From NCBI GenBank assembly GCA_031375135.1, contig JANMHK010000188.1:1-42692 (forward strand): DNA of 42,692 nucleotides, given 5' to 3'. This document shows positions 27,403 to 37,238 of the stretch, piece after piece. Source of the stretch: Sphingobacteriales bacterium (GTDB lineage Bacteria; Bacteroidota; Bacteroidia; Chitinophagales; Chitinophagaceae). Each line of letters opens with the position of its first letter. Within the stretch, counting starts at the first letter, position 1. The notes under the pieces are model-generated. The model searched no databases. It was not told where the DNA came from and worked only from the letters and a program-made list of their open reading frames with translations. The position numbers were made by a program, and so were the translations under genes.

Positions 27403-28223
27403 TGAAGCGGCTTCTTATTTTCGCTTGCGTCCTGTTTTTCGGGACTGCTGAAGGGCAGGAGTTGTATGTATTTACCGGGCCTGCTTCCAATATGCCTGCG
27501 GGTGCAGGCGGATTAAAATATGCCGCCAAATTACTGGAAGCATCAGATGGAAGAACTGACCAACGGCATATGCTGGAGTGGCAAATGGGTTTTAGTAAAA
27601 AATGGATGACCCATGTCAGTACTTCATTCTCCAATATGTACGGCGATTACCTGCGATGGGAATCTGTCAGAAGCTACACCCAATACCGGTTTTTATCGAT
27701 CGATGATGTACATAGGCATTTCAGGGCAGCTGCTTTCGCTGAGCTCGCCTATAGTGTAAACAGTCCCAGGTATGATGAGCTGTCGCTGGATGGCGATCAA
27801 AGCGGGGTAAGTACAGGCATCATCCTAACCCAACTTCTGCATAAGCTGGCAGTCTCGTCAACGCTTTCATATACATTATCTTTGCAGGACCGTATTGAGC
27901 ATATGGGCATTCATAATTATAACTATAATGCCTTTAATTACAGCCTTTCGGCAGGCTACCTGTTGTTTCCCCGGAAGTATAACGGCTATGGGCAGACGAA
28001 CTTTAATCTATACCTGGAGTTATTGGGAAGTAGGGCCCTCGACAAACAGGCAGGGTTCGTGGATCTTGCTCCTGCAGTACAGTTTATCTTTTCCAGCAGT
28101 ACGAAATTGAACCTGGGTTACAGGTTCCAGCTGGCAGGCGACATGCAAAGGATGGCCAATAACAGTTTTCTTGTCAGTATTGAACGTACCTTTCTGAACG
28201 TCATGAACCGAAAAAACAAATGA
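27402..28223 (+). CDS. Hypothetical outer-membrane beta-barrel protein
   Basis: Signal peptide, QELYVFT.PASN, and alternating amphipathic strands. Coupled to the upstream gene (TGATG). Confidence 0.6.
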   Translation: MKRLLIFACVLFFGTAEGQELYVFTGPASNMPAGAGGLKYAAKLLEASDGRTDQRHMLEWQMGFSKKWMTHVSTSFSNMYGDYLRWESVRSYTQYRFLSIDDVHRHFRAAAFAELAYSVNSPRYDELSLDGDQSGVSTGIILTQLLHKLAVSSTLSYTLSLQDRIEHMGIHNYNYNAFNYSLSAGYLLFPRKYNGYGQTNFNLYLELLGSRALDKQAGFVDLAPAVQFIFSSSTKLNLGYRFQLAGDMQRMANNSFLVSIERTFLNVMNRKNK

Positions 28224-28297
28224 TCCCTCTAGTGAATTATATAAAATCAGTAGCCAAATGGATCAGGCGGTTCTTTAAGAAAGACTGCTGCGCCTAG
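28220..28297 (+). CDS. Unannotated 25-aa ORF MIPLVNYIKSVAKWIRRFFKKDCCA
   Basis: ATGA overlap with the upstream stop. Its TAG directly abuts the MFS ATG, so it fills the gap exactly. Confidence 0.5.
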   Translation: MIPLVNYIKSVAKWIRRFFKKDCCA

Positions 28298-29455
28298 ATG
28301 CGATCCCCGTTGAGCAAAACCATATGGATGCTTTCACTGGTTAGCCTGTTTACGGATATGGCCAGTGAGATGCTGTATCCCGTGATGCCGGTTTACCTGA
28401 AGGCTATCGGTTTCAGCGTGATCTGGATAGGCATACTGGAAGGAGTAGCCGAAGCAGTGGCGGGATTAAGTAAAAGTTATTTCGGGGCCTGGTCCGATCA
28501 CGCGGGCAAACGTCTTCCTTTTGTTCAATTCGGTTATGCACTCAGTGCATTGTCTAAACCCATGATGGGTTTGATGACCCAGGTCTGGTGGATCTTTTCG
28601 GCCAGGACCATAGATCGCCTGGGCAAAGGGATCAGGACAGGGGCAAGGGATGCGCTGCTGAGTGCAGAAGCAACTCCGGCAACCAAGGCTGAAGTGTTCG
28701 GGTTTCATCGGTCCATGGACACGCTTGGCGCAGTGCTCGGTCCTTTGTTTGCCCTGGTTTGGCTGCTTTATCATCCCCAACAATATCTTCCACTATTCAT
28801 CATTGCATTCATACCCGGCTTGTTGGCCATAGCGCTGACTTTTCTAGTTAAAGAAAAGAGCATGGAACCTGGAGTAAAACAAAGGGTTTCTTTACTGGAA
28901 GGATTTAAATTCTGGAAAACTTCCGGATCATCCTACCGAACGGTGGCGGGCGGTTTGCTGGTTTTTGCATTGATCAACAGCAGTGACGTGCTGCTGTTGC
29001 TTAAGATCCGCGAAGCAGGTCATCCTGATCATGTAGTCATAGGCATTTATATCTTCTATAACCTGGTATTTTCTTTGCTGGCATATCCCATAGGACGACT
29101 GGCCGATCGGGTAGGACTGAAGCGGATATTCGTTATAGGTCTTTTTTTCTTCACTATTACTTACGCCGGTTTCGCTTGGGCTAGCCAAATGCTTGTGTTT
29201 GTCGGTTTGTTTTTTTGTTACGGAGTATATGCCGCCTGCACAGAAGGTATTTCAAAAGCCTGGCTCACCAATATCTCGGACCCCCGGCAAATTGGCACGG
29301 CCATCGGCACCTATACTGGTTTCCAGAGTATTGCGTCTCTGTTTGCCAGTAGTGTGGCCGGGTTCATCTGGTACTATGCAGGTCCCGAGGCCGCCTTTCT
29401 TTCTTCCGCCATTGCCAGCTTTGGTGTATTGGTTTACTTTATTTCTAAGACCTGA
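28298..29455 (+). CDS. MFS transporter
   Basis: About 12 TM helices, SLFTDMASEM, DRLGKGIR...RDAL, and GRLADRVG motif A. Confidence 0.92.
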   Translation: MRSPLSKTIWMLSLVSLFTDMASEMLYPVMPVYLKAIGFSVIWIGILEGVAEAVAGLSKSYFGAWSDHAGKRLPFVQFGYALSALSKPMMGLMTQVWWIFSARTIDRLGKGIRTGARDALLSAEATPATKAEVFGFHRSMDTLGAVLGPLFALVWLLYHPQQYLPLFIIAFIPGLLAIALTFLVKEKSMEPGVKQRVSLLEGFKFWKTSGSSYRTVAGGLLVFALINSSDVLLLLKIREAGHPDHVVIGIYIFYNLVFSLLAYPIGRLADRVGLKRIFVIGLFFFTITYAGFAWASQMLVFVGLFFCYGVYAACTEGISKAWLTNISDPRQIGTAIGTYTGFQSIASLFASSVAGFIWYYAGPEAAFLSSAIASFGVLVYFISKT

Positions 29456-29491
29456 CCATCGCCCATTGTTTGGGGTATCAAAAATAAATAC

Positions 29492-29527
29492 TATGTTTGA
29501 CTAATAATTAATTTAGACAAGTCTAAA
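29492..29527 (+). promoter_or_regulatory. -7 promoter element plus DtxR/MntR-like operator
   Basis: TATGTTTG (29492-29499), then the palindrome TTTAGAC-AA-GTCTAAA (29512-29527) 3 nt before the ATG. Confidence 0.7.
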
Positions 29528-29530
29528 AAT

Positions 29531-31696
29531 ATGTTTAGGTCTGGCTTTTTATACGTCATGTTCTTGTTGCTGTCCATCCCCGGCTATGGACAGGCCATTG
29601 GCATGAAGGATACTATGGCCATCAAAAATTTATCCCGCGGTCAAGTGAAATCAGGTGTAGCGCATTTGAATAACCTTACTAGCGACCCTGCCGATACGGT
29701 GCCTGGTTTTATAAAACCAGACATGGATGAAATTGTGGTATCGGGAACTTTGAAACCCATGCGAAAACTGGAAAGCCCGGTTGCGGTTGAAGTGTACTCC
29801 TCCCAGTTTCTTAAGAAAAATCCGGTCCCCAGTATTTTTGAAGCCCTTCAAATGGTCAACGGGGTTCGGCCCCAACTGAATTGTAATGTCTGTAACACTG
29901 GTGATATTCATATCAATGGTCTGGACGGTCCTTATACCATGGTTACCATCGATGGTATGCCCATTGTCAGCGGACTCTCCACAGTCTATGGATTGTTCGG
30001 CATTCCTAATCAGATGATCGATCGGGTGGAAGTGGTGAAAGGACCTGCATCCGGACTGTACGGCTCGGAGGCAGTAGGCGGACTCATCAACATCATCACA
30101 AAGTCTCCCTTGAAAGCACCCTTGGTGTCTGCGGATATTATGGCTACTTCATGGCAGGAGTTCCAGGCCGACCTTTCTGTTTCATTCAAGGCCGGCAAAA
30201 AAACGCGCAGCATGTTGGGCGTTCATGTGTACAATTACAGCAACCCTGTAGACCATAACGGAGATGGTTTTACGGACATGACCCTGCAAAAACGTTTTTC
30301 ATTGTTCAATAAATGGAGCTTCCTTAGAAAGGATGACCGCGTTGCGGATATGGGTATTCGCCTATATCATGAGAACCGCTGGGGTGGCGAAATGAACTGG
30401 AGCAATGCTTTCCGCGGTGGTGACAGTTTGTATGGCGAAAGCATCTATACCAACAGGGCAGAATTTATCGGGCGCTACCAGCTTCCCATGAAAGAGCACC
30501 TGCTGTTTTCCTGGTCATACACTGCTCATAAACAGGATTCTTATTATGGACGCACGCCGTTTATGGCGGATCAGAAAATTGCGTTCGGACAATTAACCTG
30601 GGACAGATCCTATGGTGAACACAGTTTGCTAACCGGCCTGGCCCTTCGCTATAATTTTATGGACGATAATACGCCTGCCACGGCTGATCCTCTTACCGGC
30701 AAGAACAAGGAGAACATCAACTGGTTGCCAGGGATATTTATACAGGATGAGATCAAATTGAATGAACGAAATAACCTGCTGCTGGGTTTGCGATACGACC
30801 ATCACCAGGAACATGGTTCTATTTTTACACCGCGTGTTGCATGGAAATGGAAGGCCGTGAAAAACGGAGTTCTTCGCCTGAATGCGGGCACCGGGTTCAG
30901 GGTAGTGAATATTTTTACTGAAGATCATGCCGCACTAACTGGCGCAAGAACAATTGAGATCAAAGAAGAGATCCGCCCGGAAAAAACCTACAACGTCAAC
31001 CTCAATTATAACCATCGCCTCGTTTTTTCAAATTCATTCCTGACCATGGATGCCAGTGCCTGGTTAACCAGGTTCTCAAACCAGATCATCCCTGACTATG
31101 ATACCGACCCCAACAAGATCATCTACCAGAATTTAAAAGGATATTCGGTTTCCCGTGGCCTTAGCCTCAACGTCGATTATAACATCAATAACCGCTTTCG
31201 TATGATGGCGGGAACTACCATACAAGATGTATTTATCAAAAATGAAAAACAGAATCCGGTAAGACCCGTACTCGTGGAAAAATGGAGTGCTGTTTGGACC
31301 TTGTCTTATAGTTTTCCCGTGCAGGGCATCAACATTGACTATACCGGCAATATTTATGGTCCTATGCGATTGCCTCTGGCCGGTGCGCTTGATCCTCGCC
31401 CTGCCTATTCGCCAGTTTGGTCCATTCAAAACCTACAGGTCAGCAAAAAAATAAAACGGTTCGAATTCTATTGCGGCATCAAAAATCTTCTGAACTGGAC
31501 TCCTGATCGATCTGTTCCATTTTTGATCGCGCGTTCAGAGGATCCTTTCGATAAACAAGTGCAATATGATTCCGGGGGCCAGATCCTTTCTACTCCTCAA
31601 AACCCCTATGCACTGAGCTTTGATCCAACCTATATGTATGCCCCCAACCAGGGTCGAAGAGTGTTTGTGGGACTACGCTTTGCCCTTCAACAGTAA
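29531..31696 (+). CDS. TonB-dependent receptor, probably for metal uptake
   Basis: EIVVSGT TonB-box-like motif, plug with NCNVC, IDRVEVVKGPASGLYGSEAVGGLINIITK, and C-terminal GLRF. Confidence 0.93.
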   Translation: MFRSGFLYVMFLLLSIPGYGQAIGMKDTMAIKNLSRGQVKSGVAHLNNLTSDPADTVPGFIKPDMDEIVVSGTLKPMRKLESPVAVEVYSSQFLKKNPVPSIFEALQMVNGVRPQLNCNVCNTGDIHINGLDGPYTMVTIDGMPIVSGLSTVYGLFGIPNQMIDRVEVVKGPASGLYGSEAVGGLINIITKSPLKAPLVSADIMATSWQEFQADLSVSFKAGKKTRSMLGVHVYNYSNPVDHNGDGFTDMTLQKRFSLFNKWSFLRKDDRVADMGIRLYHENRWGGEMNWSNAFRGGDSLYGESIYTNRAEFIGRYQLPMKEHLLFSWSYTAHKQDSYYGRTPFMADQKIAFGQLTWDRSYGEHSLLTGLALRYNFMDDNTPATADPLTGKNKENINWLPGIFIQDEIKLNERNNLLLGLRYDHHQEHGSIFTPRVAWKWKAVKNGVLRLNAGTGFRVVNIFTEDHAALTGARTIEIKEEIRPEKTYNVNLNYNHRLVFSNSFLTMDASAWLTRFSNQIIPDYDTDPNKIIYQNLKGYSVSRGLSLNVDYNINNRFRMMAGTTIQDVFIKNEKQNPVRPVLVEKWSAVWTLSYSFPVQGINIDYTGNIYGPMRLPLAGALDPRPAYSPVWSIQNLQVSKKIKRFEFYCGIKNLLNWTPDRSVPFLIARSEDPFDKQVQYDSGGQILSTPQNPYALSFDPTYMYAPNQGRRVFVGLRFALQQ

Positions 31697-31710
31697 ATTT
31701 CAGCAGGGAA

Positions 31711-31743
31711 TGTGACCTAAGTCAAGCATTCAATCAGTTGAAT
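31711..31743. promoter_or_regulatory. Two short palindromes upstream of the RND operon
   Basis: TGAC-ctaa-GTCA (31713-31724) and ATTCAA-tcag-TTGAAT (31728-31743). Confidence 0.3.
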
Positions 31744-31762
31744 AAATTATCTTCAGCGGCTT

Positions 31763-34700
31763 ATGCTGAATAAGATCATTCGTTTTTCCGTCAGGAATAA
31801 ACTGATCATCGGTTTGTTGACCATTGGATGGATCATCTGGGGTATCCTGGAGTTGATCAGACTGCCCGTAGATGCCCTGCCCGACATCACCAGTAACCAG
31901 GTTCAGGTATTCACCGTAACGCCTGCACTGGCTTCCCCTGAGGTAGAACGCGTGATTACTTTCCCCATTGAACAGGCCTGCTCAAATATTCCCGGCATCA
32001 AAGAATTCAGGTCTATTTCGCGTTTCGGGCTTTCCGTAGTGACACTTGTTTTTAGCGACAATACCGATATCTATTGGGCCCGCCAGCAGGTTTCAGAAAG
32101 GTTGGTGCGTGTGCGGGATGATATTCCTAAAGGGGCAGGCATTCCCGAATTAGCACCTTTAACTACAGGGCTGGGCGAAATATATCAATACATACTTAAG
32201 CCTGCAAAAGGATACGAAAGCGTATTCGGATTGGATGAGCTCAGGAGCATACAGGATTGGATCGTCCGGCGCCAGCTGCTGGGTACGCCCGGGGTTGCCG
32301 ATGTAAGCAGTTTCGGGGGCTGGCTCAAACAGTACGAAGTGTCCGTGCAGGCCGACAAGTTAAAGTCCATGGGCGTGACGATTGCCGACGTGTTTGATGC
32401 ACTGGAAAAGAATAACCAGAATTCGGGCGGCGCCTATATTGAAAAGGGGAATGAAATGCTTTTCATTCGCACCGAGGGTATGACCGGAACGATCGAAGAC
32501 ATTGAAAAAATCCGGATCAAAACCACGCCTGCCGGATTCCCGGTCTATGTGGGCAGTGTGGCAAAAGTTCGTATCGGCCATGCAGTGAGGTATGGCGCGA
32601 TGACCTACGGTTCACAGGGAGAAGTGGCAGGGGCGGTAGTACTGATGCTGAAAGGGGATAATGCCTCCAAAGTTGTGGCCGATGTAAAACGACGTATCGA
32701 GAAGATCAAAGAGAACCTGCCTAAAGGTGTGCAGCTGATTCCGTATTACGATCGTACCAAAATTGTAAACCGCGCGATACATACGGTCAGGAACAATTTG
32801 TTGGAAGGGGCCCTGATCGTCATATTCATCCTTGTTATCTTCCTGGGCAATCTAAGGGCCAGTTTGATTGTGGCGTCAGTGATTCCCATGTCGATGCTTT
32901 TTGCTGTTAGCATGATGAATTTATTTGGCGTGTCCGGAAACCTGATGAGCCTGGGTGCACTTGACTTTGGGCTGATCGTGGATGGTGCCGTGATCATTGT
33001 AGAAGCCGTGATCCATCGCCTCTATCACAGGCATTTATATGATGGTCTTATTTCGCAGGACGATATGGATCGTGCCGTGGAGACTTCTTCTTCGAGAATG
33101 ATGAATGCCGCGGTATTCGGACAGGCCATCATCCTGATCGTCTATCTTCCCATCCTGTCCCTGACGGGCATTGAAGGAAAAATGTTCAAACCCATGGCGC
33201 AGACCGTCATCTTTGCGCTACTTGGAGCGTTTATCTTGTCGCTCACCTACGTGCCCATGATGACCGCGGTATTTATGGGAAAGAAGGTGAAAGATGGCGA
33301 AGGAATAACCGACCGTATGATGAATGGAATTAAATCGTTTTATGCCAAATCGCTGGAAAAAATATTCCGCTTCCCCAAAACAGTCATGTTGATCTCCATC
33401 GCTTTATTTGTTTTTTCAATCATCATTGCCACGCGCTTGGGCGGTGAATTCATTCCAAAACTGGAAGAAGGTGATTTTGCTGTGGATGCAAAATTACTCA
33501 CTGGTACAACGTTGACGGTAAGTGTTCAAAATTCTCTGCAAGCAGCAGCTATTTTAGAAAAATTTCCGGAGGTAGAAAGAATTGTAAACCGCATCGGCAG
33601 TAGCGAAATTCCAACAGATCCTATGCCCGTTGAGATGACGGACATTATGATCACCTTGAAAGAAAAATCAACATGGACATCAGCCAGCTCATACGAAGAA
33701 CTCGCCAATAAAATGAGTGCCGCATTAAAAGATCTGCCCGGTCTTACAACCGGATTCCAATATCCTATTCAAATGCGTTTCAATGAATTGATCGCAGGAG
33801 CCCGTCAGGATGTGGTGTGTAAAATATTTGGTGAAAACCTTGATACCCTGGCCAGTTATGCTGCAAAACTGGGTGCCACCATTCATGGCATTGAAGGCGC
33901 CCGCGATATTTATGTAGAAACGATCACAGGACTGCCCCAGATCGTGATCCGTTTTAAAAGGGATGCGATGGCGATGTACGGACTTGATATGTCTGATGTG
34001 AACCGAACAATAAGATCTGCGTTTGCAGGTGAATCGGCGGGTAAAGTATATGAGAACGAAAGACGATTTGACCTGGTGGTGAGGTTGTCCGAAACTGCCC
34101 GCCGCAATCTGGACGATGTTCGGCAGTTGCTGATCCATACGGAGAAAGGGACACAGATTCCATTGTATGAAGTGGCAGATATCAAGATCGAGCAGGGGCC
34201 TAATCAGATCCAGCGTGAGGATGCCAAAAGGCGGATCATTGTTGGATTCAATACAAGGGGCCGGGATGTGGAGACCATAGTAAATGAATTACAGCAAAAG
34301 ATCACTGAGCATATGCCGCTTCCCGCGGGATACTATATCGTTTATGGGGGGCAATTTGAAAATCTGGTGGAAGCAAAGCAGCGCTTGACTATTGCTGTGC
34401 CGATAGCACTGGCACTGATCTTCCTGATGCTTTATTTTGCTTTCGGATCACTCAAATACGGGTTGCTGATTTTTACGGCAATACCCCTTTCTGCCATTGG
34501 TGGAATTCTTTCCCTATGGATCCGCGGAATGCCTTTCAGTATTTCAGCAGGAGTGGGTTTCATCGCCTTATTCGGTGTGGCCGTTTTAAATGGTATCGTG
34601 TTGATCACAGAATTCAATCGATTAAAAAATGAAGGCATGACCGATGTGAAGAAGATCATATTGGAAGGCAGTTTACTCAGACTTAGGCCTGTATTGATGA

Positions 34701-36106
34701 CTGCTTCCGTGGCTTCTTTTGGATTTCTTCCGATGGCCCTCAGTCATTCAGCGGGTGCCGAAGTGCAACGTCCCCTGGCTACCGTGGTGATCGGTGGTTT
34801 GATCACGGCAACTTTGCTTACCCTAGTGGTGCTGCCTTTGCTCTACTACTGGTTCAGCGGTGAGCGTAAAACGGGAAGACCGGTCACCTTGTCTGTCATT
34901 TTCCTGTTGGGCAGTTTTACAGTAGTTGCGCAACCCACCGGCAAGCCCATAAGCCTGGACTCCGTGCTGTCCATCGCCAGCAGGCAGAATCTGATGTTGG
35001 AAACAAACAGGAGATCCACGGATTACTGGAACGCCCTCATGTCCAGCACCTTTGATCTGCCTAAAACCCAGATCGGGGCCGAATATGGAAACATAAACAG
35101 CTTAAATAAAGACACCAGGCTGTATATCAACCAAACCTTCATGTTGCCGGCAGTTTACCAGAGCAGAAAAGCATTATACGCTGCTCACCTCACTGCAGGT
35201 AAGGCAGAGATCCGACAAAAAGAAACCGAGTTGAACCGGGAACTTCGCGTCAATTACTACCACCTGCAGGACCTTTTAGGGAGGTATCAATTGCTTCAGG
35301 TACTCGATTCCGCCTATAAAGGATTTATTGAAGCAGCGGCATTGAGGTATAAAACAGGTGAGTCCTCTTTACTGGAGAAAACTTCTGCGGAAACAGAATA
35401 TTCCCGCCTGGTGTTGCAACGCAGGGAACTGTTGGCCGATATCGAGATCCTGCAGGAAAAGAATAACTACCTGTTACGGACAAACGAAAAGCTGATACCT
35501 GATCATATCGATGACAGTATCTATTATTTCCCGGGATCAACAGACAGCCTCTCACATCCCATGCTCGCTTATTGGCAATCGAAGCAGGCGGTTCATGAAG
35601 CAGAAATAAAGCATGAAAAAACGGCTACGCTTCCTGATTTCAATGTTGGCTACAGTAATCTGTCCATTGTTGGATGGCAGACGCCCGACGGGGTAACTCA
35701 GAAATACTATGGTGCCGGCGACAGGTTCAGTACGGTTAGTGTTGGTATCGGTGTTCCCTTATTCAACGGTTCCGTAAAAGCAAGGATGCAAGCCAGTGGA
35801 GTTAGTCGTGATATTGCCCGGCTCCAGGAAAAACAGGTGATGGAATCAATGAAGAGCCGGCAAAAGCAGGTGCTGGCTGAATATGAGAAGTACCGGCTAA
35901 GTGTGAATCATTTCCGGCAGACAGGTCTCAAGCAGGCTGATCAGATCATTAGCCAGTCTATTAAAGCGTACAGGGCAGGCCAGTTAAGTTATATGGAATG
36001 GATCAACCTGATGAACCAGGCCATTACCATCCGTATGGGATATTTGGATGCGCTGCTTGCATTAAGAACCACAACCGCAGAACTGGAATTTATAAATGGC
36101 AAATAA
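31763..36106 (+). CDS. czcA: CusA/CzcA-family heavy-metal RND transporter fused to a C-terminal TolC-like outer membrane factor
   Basis: DALPDIT, GALDFGLIVDGAVIIVE, RLRPVLMTA and EVQRPLATVVIGG motifs, followed by ~390 aa of OEP-like helical region. Confidence 0.93.
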   Translation: MLNKIIRFSVRNKLIIGLLTIGWIIWGILELIRLPVDALPDITSNQVQVFTVTPALASPEVERVITFPIEQACSNIPGIKEFRSISRFGLSVVTLVFSDNTDIYWARQQVSERLVRVRDDIPKGAGIPELAPLTTGLGEIYQYILKPAKGYESVFGLDELRSIQDWIVRRQLLGTPGVADVSSFGGWLKQYEVSVQADKLKSMGVTIADVFDALEKNNQNSGGAYIEKGNEMLFIRTEGMTGTIEDIEKIRIKTTPAGFPVYVGSVAKVRIGHAVRYGAMTYGSQGEVAGAVVLMLKGDNASKVVADVKRRIEKIKENLPKGVQLIPYYDRTKIVNRAIHTVRNNLLEGALIVIFILVIFLGNLRASLIVASVIPMSMLFAVSMMNLFGVSGNLMSLGALDFGLIVDGAVIIVEAVIHRLYHRHLYDGLISQDDMDRAVETSSSRMMNAAVFGQAIILIVYLPILSLTGIEGKMFKPMAQTVIFALLGAFILSLTYVPMMTAVFMGKKVKDGEGITDRMMNGIKSFYAKSLEKIFRFPKTVMLISIALFVFSIIIATRLGGEFIPKLEEGDFAVDAKLLTGTTLTVSVQNSLQAAAILEKFPEVERIVNRIGSSEIPTDPMPVEMTDIMITLKEKSTWTSASSYEELANKMSAALKDLPGLTTGFQYPIQMRFNELIAGARQDVVCKIFGENLDTLASYAAKLGATIHGIEGARDIYVETITGLPQIVIRFKRDAMAMYGLDMSDVNRTIRSAFAGESAGKVYENERRFDLVVRLSETARRNLDDVRQLLIHTEKGTQIPLYEVADIKIEQGPNQIQREDAKRRIIVGFNTRGRDVETIVNELQQKITEHMPLPAGYYIVYGGQFENLVEAKQRLTIAVPIALALIFLMLYFAFGSLKYGLLIFTAIPLSAIGGILSLWIRGMPFSISAGVGFIALFGVAVLNGIVLITEFNRLKNEGMTDVKKIILEGSLLRLRPVLMTASVASFGFLPMALSHSAGAEVQRPLATVVIGGLITATLLTLVVLPLLYYWFSGERKTGRPVTLSVIFLLGSFTVVAQPTGKPISLDSVLSIASRQNLMLETNRRSTDYWNALMSSTFDLPKTQIGAEYGNINSLNKDTRLYINQTFMLPAVYQSRKALYAAHLTAGKAEIRQKETELNRELRVNYYHLQDLLGRYQLLQVLDSAYKGFIEAAALRYKTGESSLLEKTSAETEYSRLVLQRRELLADIEILQEKNNYLLRTNEKLIPDHIDDSIYYFPGSTDSLSHPMLAYWQSKQAVHEAEIKHEKTATLPDFNVGYSNLSIVGWQTPDGVTQKYYGAGDRFSTVSVGIGVPLFNGSVKARMQASGVSRDIARLQEKQVMESMKSRQKQVLAEYEKYRLSVNHFRQTGLKQADQIISQSIKAYRAGQLSYMEWINLMNQAITIRMGYLDALLALRTTTAELEFINGK

Positions 36107-37238
36107 CATGTTGAGATATTTAATAATAGCCACGATCTTATTGACTGCATCCTGTAAAAACGCAGAGAAGGATCAGCCCGTCACAGACGAAGTTGAAGCC
36201 TCAATATCAACGGTGGTGCTGACAGCAGAACAGATCAAAACTGCAGAACTTCGTTTCGGCGGATTAGAGAAGACCAAGCTGGCAGATCTGATCACGGTAA
36301 ACGGGGTCGTGGACGTTCCCCCGCAAAATCTGGTCTCAGTAAGTTTCCCGCTCGGCGGATATCTGAAACGAACAGAATTACTGCCGGGCAAGAACGTGAG
36401 AAAAGGAGAAGTGATCGGGATCATGGAAGACCAGTCTCTGGTGCAGTTGCAGCAAGACTATCTTGTGGGTAAAGAAAAATTACATTACCTGGAGCAGGAT
36501 TTCAACCGCCAGGAAGAGTTGAATGAAAGTAATGTCAATGCAACCAAGGTTTTTCAGCAGGCTGCAGCTGAATTAGGAAGCCAAAAAGTGATGATGCGGG
36601 CCATGGGGGAGAAACTGCGGCTGATCAATATTAATCCCGATAAACTCACAAGCGAAAATCTGTCGAGGAGTGTTCCCCTGTATTCTCCGATCAACGGTTT
36701 CGTCTCTAAGGTCTTTGTAAACCCAGGCAAATATGTTCAGCCTTCCGATGTATTGTTCGAGCTGATCGATCCCGATGATATTCATGCGGCATTGACGGTA
36801 TTTCAGAAAGACATTAGCAAACTGGCAGTAGGCCAGGAAGTAGTCATCAATTTTATTGATGAACCTCAGAAATTCTACCAGGGAAAAGTCATACTGGTCA
36901 ATCGCAGCCTCGATGAAAATCGAAGCGAAGTGGTGCATTGTCATTTTACGGAACATCCCAAAGATCTTCACCCGGGGATGTTTCTACAGGCAAAAATCAA
37001 AACTTCCCCACGTGAGGTGTTAGCGTTGCCGGAAGAGGCCGTTGTTGGATTCCAGGGCCATGAATATATCTTCATTGTGGGGGAAGCCGGAAAATTTGAG
37101 ATCGTGGAAGTAGAAACCGGGATAAGAGAAAAAGGCTTCATTGAAATAAAAAACGCTGGATCCTTTCCTCCTACTGCAAAAATTGTTTTAACCAATGCCT
37201 ATGCCGTTTTAGGAGCGATGAAAAACAGTGGGGAATAG
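36096..37238 (+). CDS. RND efflux periplasmic adaptor subunit (CzcB/CusB-like lipoprotein)
   Basis: Lipobox TASC, VDVPP, SPINGFV lipoyl-like motif and PGMF. Overlaps czcA. Confidence 0.9.
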   Translation: MANNMLRYLIIATILLTASCKNAEKDQPVTDEVEASISTVVLTAEQIKTAELRFGGLEKTKLADLITVNGVVDVPPQNLVSVSFPLGGYLKRTELLPGKNVRKGEVIGIMEDQSLVQLQQDYLVGKEKLHYLEQDFNRQEELNESNVNATKVFQQAAAELGSQKVMMRAMGEKLRLININPDKLTSENLSRSVPLYSPINGFVSKVFVNPGKYVQPSDVLFELIDPDDIHAALTVFQKDISKLAVGQEVVINFIDEPQKFYQGKVILVNRSLDENRSEVVHCHFTEHPKDLHPGMFLQAKIKTSPREVLALPEEAVVGFQGHEYIFIVGEAGKFEIVEVETGIREKGFIEIKNAGSFPPTAKIVLTNAYAVLGAMKNSGE

